Positions 8,596 to 16,464 of a DNA stretch of 24,664 nucleotides are shown one piece after another; within the stretch, counting starts at the first letter, position 1; every line of letters starts with the position of its first letter. This DNA is from Bacillota bacterium. Its GTDB lineage: Bacteria; Bacillota; Clostridia; UBA1381. Position numbers and translations under genes: made by a program. Location: contig JAJPXA010000211.1 in NCBI GenBank assembly GCA_021205715.1, forward strand, positions 1 to 24,664. Reading direction: 5' to 3'. A model generated the notes under the pieces. That model searched no databases. It saw only the letters and a list, made by a program, of their open reading frames with translations, and was not told the origin of the DNA.

Positions 8596-10350
8596 TTATT
8601 TTAACAAATCCGCCAGACGGCTTATTATCGCCGCCGCCTGTGCGCGTGTAAGACTGTCCTTGGGACTGAATGTTCCGTCGCCCATTCCGTTCACCAAGCC
8701 GTATGAATACGCTGTGTCGACCGCGTTAATATACTCCTCGTATATGTCGCTGTCGGAAAACGCGTAATCCGCGTCCGCCGCAACCTCTGTCGGAGAATCC
8801 GCGTTTTTGAGCGCGTAAGAGAAGCAGTTCATAACAATTGCCGCGGTTTCCTCGCGCGTGATTGCGGTATCGCCGTCGAAATCACCCGTATAAACGGTCA
8901 CGTCCGCGGTAACCGCCTCGGCGGTTTCGGTTGCCTCCGAAAGCACTTTCGTAACCGACTCGCTTTCGCAGTCAGCTATCATAGCCTGCGGTATTATATC
9001 CTTATCGAGCGCGCCCTGCAAATAATAGCAGTACCAATCATCGTTCGATGCGTCAAGGCACTCGTCCTCGCGGTACGCGTGAGATGCGATGCCCGCCGCG
9101 TCCATAGCCATTTTCAAAAGCTCCGCTCTTGTAACCGTGCCGTCGGGATTGAATTTGCCGTTTTCGTCGCCGTCGATTAAATCCGCCTCAGCAAGCGCGG
9201 TTATATACTCCTCGCCCCAGTGACCGGAAATATCCGAAAACACTGTTTCATCATCCGCAAGATACTCCGCAAGCTCCGGAACACATTCGGGAATCGCGTC
9301 TGCGATAAGACCCGCGACGCGTCTTGCACCCAACGCCTTTAAATGCGTGTGGTCGTCCGTGCCGGTCGGATATGCCTTGCTTTCAAGCGGCTCGCATATG
9401 AAATATCCCGCGAGTACGTCATCCTTGTCCATAGAATTCCACTCGTCGGTCATAATTCTGTTAATGTCTATAAAATTAACTCCAAGCTCCTCCGCAAGCT
9501 CGCGCGTCGGGTCGGCATAGTCGGCTCTCGATTCGCTGAAGCACTCGTTTTCCTCGTCCCACCACGATGCCGCCGTTGCCGTCATAAGCACGGGTATTCC
9601 GCCGCGCTTTACGGTTTCGCCGATGTATTTATCGGTTATAAGCGTTTTGTAGTCCTCAACGCTGATATAGCGCTCCGGCTTTTCAACCGCGCCGTCGTTT
9701 ATGCCGAATTGGATAAACACATAATCGCCCGGCTTTAATTCGGTTAAAATTTTATCAAGTCTGCCGTCGTTGTTATAGCTTTTCGAGCTGCGTCCGCCCA
9801 TCGAGCGGTTCTCGACAATGACATCATCCGTGAAGCATTCGGCAAATACCTGTCCCCAACCGGTTTGCGGGTATACGCTTGTATAATTATAAGTCTGCGC
9901 GGTCGAATCACCCGCGATATATATCGTCAGCTTTTCGCCCGGCTCGGTTCTGTTTTCGAGCTGTTCTATCTCAATCGCCGTAACCATAGGATTCTCACCC
10001 AAAATTTGAACTGTAATCATACCGTCAAGCGGCACAACCGCCTGCTCGTTTTCCTGCGTTTCACCCGCCGCGAGCGTATACGCTCTTACGCGCTCGCCGC
10101 CGTTTATGTAAATATTCGCGTCGCTCTCGGCGTCGCCGCCCGTCGTCACGGTAACGGTGTAATCGCCATCGGGTACCTCGACCTCCAAAACAACGCCGTT
10201 TTCGCCGTCAGGCTCAACCTCCGTCATATCGTAGGTTTCATAAAACAGCTCGCTCTCGTCCTCCGCAAACGAGGAAACGCCGAATGCCGCGCCCGCCGTC
10301 ATAATAACCGACGCGCTTAAAAGCGCTGAAAGTATTTTCTTTAAAATCAC
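8596..10350 (-). CDS. SGNH/GDSL rhamnogalacturonan acetylesterase-like (CE12) with N-terminal beta-sandwich and three C-terminal SLH repeats (584 aa)
   Basis: Signal peptide; IAGDST, GWGQ, SMGGRSS, IQFGIND and DHTH blocks of RhgT/YesY-type esterases; SLH motifs TRAE/ITREE/TRAQ. Confidence 0.87.
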   Translation of the reverse strand: MILKKILSALLSASVIMTAGAAFGVSSFAEDESELFYETYDMTEVEPDGENGVVLEVEVPDGDYTVTVTTGGDAESDANIYINGGERVRAYTLAAGETQENEQAVVPLDGMITVQILGENPMVTAIEIEQLENRTEPGEKLTIYIAGDSTAQTYNYTSVYPQTGWGQVFAECFTDDVIVENRSMGGRSSKSYNNDGRLDKILTELKPGDYVFIQFGINDGAVEKPERYISVEDYKTLITDKYIGETVKRGGIPVLMTATAASWWDEENECFSESRADYADPTRELAEELGVNFIDINRIMTDEWNSMDKDDVLAGYFICEPLESKAYPTGTDDHTHLKALGARRVAGLIADAIPECVPELAEYLADDETVFSDISGHWGEEYITALAEADLIDGDENGKFNPDGTVTRAELLKMAMDAAGIASHAYREDECLDASNDDWYCYYLQGALDKDIIPQAMIADCESESVTKVLSEATETAEAVTADVTVYTGDFDGDTAITREETAAIVMNCFSYALKNADSPTEVAADADYAFSDSDIYEEYINAVDTAYSYGLVNGMGDGTFSPKDSLTRAQAAAIISRLADLLK

Positions 10351-10383
10351 AATATCATCCCCATATTTATTTTATATAATATA

Positions 10384-10412
10384 ATTCTATCAGATGTCCC
10401 CGCCGATGCCAA
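10384..10412 (-). promoter_or_regulatory. Sigma-A promoter for CE12-SLH gene cluster
   Basis: TTGGCA (10412-10407), 17 bp, TG-A-TAGAAT (10389-10384). Confidence 0.65.
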
Positions 10413-10420
10413 TAAATAAT

Positions 10421-10774
10421 TTATCCCCTCGGGGTTCCGCCGCTTGTCGGCGTAGGCTGTGGCGACGCGCTGGTTTCCGGCTCATCCGTCGGCTCAATCG
10501 TCGGCTCCGGCGTCGGAAGCGCCTCAATCTGCGTGTTAAGCTCCGCGTTTTCCGCCTGCAAGCTCTCAACCTGCTCTTCAAGCTCCGCTATTTGCTGTTT
10601 CAGCTCCGTGTTTTCCTCGACCGCCGCGACTATGCTTTCCCTGTCGGCGTTCGTAATATTTAATATTATCCCCAAAACGAACACCGCAAGCAGCAGCGCC
10701 GCTATGATACACACGGGTATAAGCCAAAGCTTTCTTTTTTTCTTTTTGTTATTGCCAAGTCCGTATAATTCCAT
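10421..10774 (-). CDS. Hypothetical bitopic membrane protein: basic N-terminus, TM helix, leucine zipper, Pro/Thr tail (117 aa)
   Basis: KKKKRK then a ~22-residue hydrophobic stretch, five Leu at heptad spacing, PTPEPTIEPTDEPE tail; SD GAGGT; 24 bp from GH13 stop. Confidence 0.8.
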   Translation of the reverse strand: MELYGLGNNKKKKRKLWLIPVCIIAALLLAVFVLGIILNITNADRESIVAAVEENTELKQQIAELEEQVESLQAENAELNTQIEALPTPEPTIEPTDEPETSASPQPTPTSGGTPRG

Positions 10775-10798
10775 AATACAACCTCTTAAAAATTTCGC

Positions 10799-12109
10799 TT
10801 ATCTCTCTGTTTTCCAATACTGCGCCGAGTACGGCGGCAATATCGAGCCGCCGCCGAAATCGTGCGTCTTGCCGCTGATTAAATCGACCGCCATACCGCA
10901 GCCCGCGTCAAAATGGCACTCCGTGCTTTCGCCGCCGGCGTTTATCGCGACAAGCACCCGTTCACTGTCGGTTTTTCGCTCAAAAATGCAGTGCGTGTTT
11001 TGCAAAACCACGCTTCTGAAGCTGCCGTTACACAGCGCGTCGCTGTTTTTATGCGCCTCGGCAAGCTTTGAGATATACTCGCAAAGCTCCGTTTCCTTGG
11101 GTTTATCTATCGCCGGACGCAGCGCGGGGTCGCCCTGGCTTTTCTCCGCCTTCTCTCCCCACTCGCTGCCGTAATACACGCACGGGATTCCGGGCATTGC
11201 GAAAATCAGCGCGTATACGAGCGGAAGATGGTGCGGCTCGTTTAAAATGCTCGCTATTCTTGTCACATCGTGATTATCGGCAAAATTCAGCAAATGCTTT
11301 CCCTTGAGCGTTGTCCACTGCTCCGGTCCGAAGAAACGTAAAAGCGAGTGGATAATCTCAAAAAGATTCATCGAGTTAAAGCTCGAATATATGCCCTTGT
11401 AGCATTGATAATTTGTGCAGCTGTGCAGCTCGCTGTCGTTTACGTACTGCGAGTAATCGCCGTGCAGAAGCTCGCCGACAAGGAAAAAGTCGCTTTTAAG
11501 CGTGTCGGTGTACGCGCGCAGACGCTTTAAAAACTCGTGACTCAAGCAGTATGCCACGTCAAGCCGCAGACCGTCTATGTCAAACTCGTCAATCCAGTAT
11601 TTTACGGCATCCAATATATGACACACAGCCTCCTCGCAGCCGAGGTTCAGCTTGACAAGGTCGTAATTGCCTTCCCAGCCCTCATACCATAGTCCGTCAT
11701 TGTAGTTTGAGTTTGAGTTGAAATCAATATAAAACCAATTTTTATACGCCGAATTTTCGCGGTTTTTCAAAACATCCCGAAATGCCCAAAATCCGCGTCC
11801 GACGTGATTAAACACTCCGTCCAAAACAACGCGTATGCCCTTTTCGTGCAAATCCTTAACAACTGTTTTAAAATCGTCGTTCGTTCCAAGACGGCAGTCG
11901 ATTTTTTTATAATCGCGCGTGTTGTAGCCGTGAGTGTCGGACTCGAACACGGGCGAAAAATAAACCGCGTCCGCGCCCAGATCGCGTATATGCTCCGACC
12001 AATCCAAAACCTTTAATATACGATGCTCGCATACTCCGTCGTTCTCAAATGGCGCGCCGCAAAGTCCAAGCGGGTAAATTTGATAAAATACACTGTTATA
12101 TGCCCACAT
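10799..12109 (-). CDS. GH13 alpha-amylase-family glycosidase (cyclomaltodextrinase/maltodextrin glucosidase-like), cytoplasmic (436 aa)
   Basis: FYQIYP, HGY, DGVFNH, GLRLDVA (nucleophile), GE (acid/base), DNHD; no signal peptide. Confidence 0.92.
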   Translation of the reverse strand: MWAYNSVFYQIYPLGLCGAPFENDGVCEHRILKVLDWSEHIRDLGADAVYFSPVFESDTHGYNTRDYKKIDCRLGTNDDFKTVVKDLHEKGIRVVLDGVFNHVGRGFWAFRDVLKNRENSAYKNWFYIDFNSNSNYNDGLWYEGWEGNYDLVKLNLGCEEAVCHILDAVKYWIDEFDIDGLRLDVAYCLSHEFLKRLRAYTDTLKSDFFLVGELLHGDYSQYVNDSELHSCTNYQCYKGIYSSFNSMNLFEIIHSLLRFFGPEQWTTLKGKHLLNFADNHDVTRIASILNEPHHLPLVYALIFAMPGIPCVYYGSEWGEKAEKSQGDPALRPAIDKPKETELCEYISKLAEAHKNSDALCNGSFRSVVLQNTHCIFERKTDSERVLVAINAGGESTECHFDAGCGMAVDLISGKTHDFGGGSILPPYSAQYWKTER

Positions 12110-12140
12110 ATCAGTTCTCCATTCTGTGTTAGTTATGTTA

Positions 12141-12169
12141 ATTATAGCATTTTATATTGAGTTAGTCAA
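12141..12169 (-). promoter_or_regulatory. Sigma-A promoter of GH13 gene
   Basis: TTGACT (12169-12164), 17 bp, TG-C-TATAAT (12146-12141). Confidence 0.82.
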
Positions 12170-12188
12170 ACATAAATTGCCCCAAACG

Positions 12189-13016
12189 TCATATAAAATC
12201 ACGTCTGTACTGCGACGGTGTTTGACCAACGTATTTTTTAAAGCGGTATATATAATTGCTGTCGTCGAGAAAGCCGCATTTTTCGGCAATTTCGGAAACG
12301 CTTCGGTCTGTCTGCCTGAGCATCGCCTTTGAAATATTGACGCGGCAGTTTATCAGATAGCGGTAAGGGGTAACTCCCGCGTATTTTTTGAACCGCCGTA
12401 TAAAATGATATTTTGACATATGCGCGGCTTCCGCCATATCGTCGACCGTTATTTGCGCGGCGCAGTTTTCCTCTATAAACTTAACTGCGGCATTCATTTT
12501 TTCAGCTGCGTCGGACTCCGTTTCCGCGCCGTTATGCGCGTTCAGGCGGCATAATATCGTGTGTATCGCAAGACCCGTTTCGTATTGGCGCTTTATGTCC
12601 GCGCCGATATTTAAGATTTTTTCAAGAAGATTTTGAAATTCCTCATCATCGTAAGGCGCAATTTCGCGGTTTAATACCGAGCCCGCCATAGCTTTTACAC
12701 CGCCGCCCTTTATATGCGCCCAATAAAAATCCCAAGAGCCGTTTGACGAATACTCGTGATATTCGGAGCAGTCGATTATCACCGCGTGAGCCTTTTTCAG
12801 GGCAAACTGCCTGTCCCTTGTTTTCACCGTGCCCTCGCCGCTTTGGGTGTAAAGCAAGAGGAAATCATCGCGTCCGTCACGGCGCGCGTAGTAATTTTCG
12901 TCCGCGAAAAACTCGCCCGCCTCGGTAAAATAAAATCCGCTCCTTACCGCGTTATCCGACAGTGCGGCGCTTATCCACCGCGATTTTTTTTGTATATCAA
13001 GCTCGCTTTCGTTCAT
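12189..13016 (-). CDS. AraC/XylS-family transcriptional regulator (275 aa)
   Basis: N-terminal cupin-like sensor (LLLYTQSGEG..FYWAHIKG); C-terminal double HTH (MSKYHFIRRFKK..G.TPY, IAEKCGF.D.NY..RFKK.VGQTP.QYR). ATG 13016 follows SD GGGAGG. Confidence 0.93.
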   Translation of the reverse strand: MNESELDIQKKSRWISAALSDNAVRSGFYFTEAGEFFADENYYARRDGRDDFLLLYTQSGEGTVKTRDRQFALKKAHAVIIDCSEYHEYSSNGSWDFYWAHIKGGGVKAMAGSVLNREIAPYDDEEFQNLLEKILNIGADIKRQYETGLAIHTILCRLNAHNGAETESDAAEKMNAAVKFIEENCAAQITVDDMAEAAHMSKYHFIRRFKKYAGVTPYRYLINCRVNISKAMLRQTDRSVSEIAEKCGFLDDSNYIYRFKKYVGQTPSQYRRDFI

Positions 13017-13050
13017 AATCCGCCTCCCGTTTTTTCGTAATACCGAAATT

Positions 13051-13079
13051 ATTTTACCACAGCTGTCCCTGACAATCAA
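13051..13079 (-). promoter_or_regulatory. Sigma-A promoter of araC-like gene
   Basis: TTGATT (13079-13074), 17 bp, TG-G-TAAAAT (13056-13051). Confidence 0.65.
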
Positions 13080-13087
13080 GCAAAAAG

Positions 13088-13151
13088 AGCAATAATTTTG
13101 TATTTTTAAGCAATTTTAACTAATGCATAATTGCGCGTTTGGTTATATACT
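13088..13151 (+). promoter_or_regulatory. Putative AraC-activated promoter of DUF5107-GH2 operon
   Basis: AGCAAT direct repeats at 13088 and 13109 (21-bp period); -10 TATACT at 13146-13151 with a poor -35 (ATGCAT). Confidence 0.55.
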
Positions 13152-13185
13152 GTATTTAACAAAATTTTCGGAAAGGATTTTCACT

Positions 13186-16100
13186 ATGAGCAAGGTTATT
13201 GTACGCGAAGAAATTGTAAACATTCCCACTTATGAGGCGGGAGAACCGTCGCCCATACCTATGTTTCTCGATAAGCGGGTGTATCAGGGAAGCTCGGGAC
13301 GGGTGTATCCGCATCCGGTGACGGACAAAATATCCGACGAGAAAACGGACAAGGACTATCAAGCAATTTTTCTTGAAAATGAATATTTGTCGGTTATGAT
13401 TTTGCCGGAGATAGGCGGAAAAATTCACCGCATATACGACAAGACAAACGGTTATGACGCGGTGTATCATAACGAGGTCATAAAGCCTGCCCTTGTGGGA
13501 CTCGCGGGCCCGTGGGTTTCGGGCGGAATAGAGTTTAACTGGCCGCAGCATCACCGCCCGTCGACATTTGACCCGGTGGAAAGCGCCATCGAGGAAAACG
13601 ATGACGGCTCCGTAACGGTTTGGTGCGGAGAAATCGAGAATATGTACCACACCAAGGGTATGACGGGCTTTACTCTGCGCCCGGGATGCGCGTATCTTGA
13701 GATAAAGGGGCAGATATACAACCCGACCGACCGTCCGCAGACGTTTTTGTGGTGGGCAAATCCGGCTGTCGCGGTAAACGAGAATACACAGTCAATTTTC
13801 CCGCCCGACGTTCACGCGGTAATGGATCACGGCAAGCGCGACGTTTCAAAATTCCCTATCGCCACCGGCACATATTACAAGGTCGACTACGGCGAGGGCG
13901 TGGATATTTCGCGCTATAAAAATATCCCCGTTCCGACATCGTATATGGCGTATCACAGCGATTACGATTTTGTCGGAAACTACGACTACGGCAAAAACGC
14001 AGGCATTCTGCACGTCGCCGACCACCGTATATCCCCCGGCAAAAAACAATGGACGTGGGGCTGCGGCGATTTCGGCAAGGCGTGGGACAGGAATTTAACG
14101 GACGAAAACGGGCCGTATATAGAGCTTATGACCGGAGTATTCACCGATAATCAGCCCGATTTCACGTTTATCGCGCCGTATGAGGAGAAAACCTTCACGC
14201 AGTATTTTATTCCGTATAAGGATGTCGGCGCGGTAAAGAACGCGACCCGCGATGTTATTATAAACCTTGAAACCGACGGCGATACCGCCGAAGCGTCGGT
14301 ATACGCCTCGCGCTTTATGGACGTTACAATAACGCTTTGCGGCGAGATAGAGGAATACATAAGTGAAAGCGTAACTCTTTCGCCGACGAACCCGTTCAAA
14401 AAAAGTGTGAAATTTACGGACGACAACGAGGGATTTCTGACCCTGTCCGTAAAGGACGAGGACGGCAATGTAATTGTCGAATACACGCCCGACGTGAGTG
14501 ATGAGATAATCGAAACCCCCGCGCCGGCGGAAGCAGCGGAAGCGCCGGAGGATATAGCGTCGCTTGAGGAGCTGTTTTTAACGGCAACACATCTCGAGCA
14601 ATACCGCCACGCGACCTACTCTCCCGAGGACTATTACCGCGAGGGACTTCGCCGCGATCCGACCGATATACGGCTTAACAACGGGTACGGCAAATATTTG
14701 TACAAAAACGCGCGGTTTGAGGCGGCAAAAGTGTGCTTTGAGGCGGCGATAAAAAAATCGACTTGGAAAAACCCGAATCCGTATGACACCGAGCCTTATT
14801 ACAATCTCGGTCTTGTCCTTAAAATTCTCGGCGATACCGATAAGGCTTACGACGCGTTTTACAAATCCGTATGGTCGTCTGCAATGCAGGACAAGGGATA
14901 TTATCAACTCGCCTGCATTTGCGCGTCGAAAAAGCAGTACGATAAGGCGCTTGATTTCGTGAGCCGCTCGCTATTAAAGGGCGCGCACAATATAAAGGCG
15001 CTGAATTTAAAAACATCACTTCTGCGCATTACCGGAAAACACGGCGAGGCGAAGGATTTGGCATATAAAACCGTGCTTATCGACCCGCTCGATTTCGGCG
15101 CGAGATACGAGCTTTACAGACTTACCGATGATTTTAAGGTTTTAAACGAGCTTACAACTTTAATGCGAAACGATGTTCAAAACTATATCGAGCTGTCTTT
15201 GAATTATAAAAACTTCGGCTTGTATGATGAGGCGGCAAAGGTGCTGGCGCTTATTTCCGAGCTTCCGAACCCTATGCTTCACTACTACATCGCCTATTAT
15301 TCAAACAGCGAAACGAATCTTGAAATAGCGGCGAACGGTGACGCGAGCTTGTGTTTCCCAAACAGGCTTGCCGAAATCGAGATTTTAGGCTATGCCATAG
15401 AGAAAAACCCGAGTGATTTCACCGCGCCCTATCTTTTGGGCAACCTCTATTACGACAAAGGCTGTGCTGAGCAGGCTGTTAAATATTGGGAAATGTCGCT
15501 TGCCATCGGCGAGGGCGGCATAAGCGCGTACTGTCACAGAAATCTCGCCGTTGCCTATTACAACAAGCTCTCCGACAAAGACAGGGCAAAAGCCGAAATG
15601 GAAAAGGCGTTTCGGCTCGCGCCCGACAACGCGCGGATTTTTTACGAGCTTGATATGCTTTACAAAAAGCTCAATGTAAGCGTTAAAAAGCGGCTTCGCG
15701 ATATGGCTGATAATTTTGAGCTTGTCGACCGGCGCGATGATATGTATGTCGAGTTTATGACCCTTTTAAATGACGAGCGCTATTTCGAGCGCGCGTACAA
15801 GGGAATGGAAATTCGCAAATTCCACCCGTGGGAAGGCGGCGAGGGCAAAATAACGCGCCAGTACAAACGCGCGAATATCGGTCTTGCGCTCGAACAACTT
15901 GAGAAAAACGATTACGAGGACGCGGCGAAATATCTTACAAACGCTCTCTCCTACCCCGAAAATCTCGGCGAGGGCAAGCTGATTACCGAAAACGACAACG
16001 ACGTGTATTTCTACCTCGGCGAGGTGTACAAAAACATCGACCTTATAAAGGCTAACGAATATTTTAAAAAGGCGGCGCGCGGCTCGGAGGACTTGTCGGA

Positions 16101-16464
16101 CGCGAAATATTACAACGACCGCCCGCCGGAGATGTACTTTTATCAAGCTATGGCGGAGCGCCGGCTCGGCAACGAGAAAAAGGCTATGTCAATGTTTAAC
16201 CGGCTTATCGATTACGGCGAACAACACATAAGCGATAAAACAAAAATCGACTATTTTGCCGTTTCACTCCCCGATTTCGATATATTCGACGCCGACCTTG
16301 ACGCGAAGAACAAGGCGCACTGCGCTCATATGGCGGCGTTGGGAAATTACGGGAAAGGCAACCGTGAAAAGGCGATGAAATACATAAACATAGGTCTTGG
16401 CTTCGACGCTTCGCACCAAGATTTGATACGTTTAAAATACGAGGTGGAAAATGAAAGTAACTGA
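13186..16464 (+). CDS. DUF5107-domain + TPR-repeat protein, E. coli YphG-like (1092 aa)
   Basis: N-terminal IPTYE..P.PMFLDKRVYQGSSGRVYP, LENEYL.VMILPEIGG, GPWVSGGIEFNWPQHHRP, FLWWANPAV, GPYIELMTG.F.DNQPDF; C-terminal TPR-like helical repeats. ATG 13186 follows AAAGGA. Confidence 0.88.
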   Translation: MSKVIVREEIVNIPTYEAGEPSPIPMFLDKRVYQGSSGRVYPHPVTDKISDEKTDKDYQAIFLENEYLSVMILPEIGGKIHRIYDKTNGYDAVYHNEVIKPALVGLAGPWVSGGIEFNWPQHHRPSTFDPVESAIEENDDGSVTVWCGEIENMYHTKGMTGFTLRPGCAYLEIKGQIYNPTDRPQTFLWWANPAVAVNENTQSIFPPDVHAVMDHGKRDVSKFPIATGTYYKVDYGEGVDISRYKNIPVPTSYMAYHSDYDFVGNYDYGKNAGILHVADHRISPGKKQWTWGCGDFGKAWDRNLTDENGPYIELMTGVFTDNQPDFTFIAPYEEKTFTQYFIPYKDVGAVKNATRDVIINLETDGDTAEASVYASRFMDVTITLCGEIEEYISESVTLSPTNPFKKSVKFTDDNEGFLTLSVKDEDGNVIVEYTPDVSDEIIETPAPAEAAEAPEDIASLEELFLTATHLEQYRHATYSPEDYYREGLRRDPTDIRLNNGYGKYLYKNARFEAAKVCFEAAIKKSTWKNPNPYDTEPYYNLGLVLKILGDTDKAYDAFYKSVWSSAMQDKGYYQLACICASKKQYDKALDFVSRSLLKGAHNIKALNLKTSLLRITGKHGEAKDLAYKTVLIDPLDFGARYELYRLTDDFKVLNELTTLMRNDVQNYIELSLNYKNFGLYDEAAKVLALISELPNPMLHYYIAYYSNSETNLEIAANGDASLCFPNRLAEIEILGYAIEKNPSDFTAPYLLGNLYYDKGCAEQAVKYWEMSLAIGEGGISAYCHRNLAVAYYNKLSDKDRAKAEMEKAFRLAPDNARIFYELDMLYKKLNVSVKKRLRDMADNFELVDRRDDMYVEFMTLLNDERYFERAYKGMEIRKFHPWEGGEGKITRQYKRANIGLALEQLEKNDYEDAAKYLTNALSYPENLGEGKLITENDNDVYFYLGEVYKNIDLIKANEYFKKAARGSEDLSDAKYYNDRPPEMYFYQAMAERRLGNEKKAMSMFNRLIDYGEQHISDKTKIDYFAVSLPDFDIFDADLDAKNKAHCAHMAALGNYGKGNREKAMKYINIGLGFDASHQDLIRLKYEVENESN

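Noticed and set aside
12984-12991. A8 homopolymer near the 5' end of the AraC gene as a possible phase-variation tract
   Set aside because: Short, the frame is intact, and such runs are common in Lys codons.
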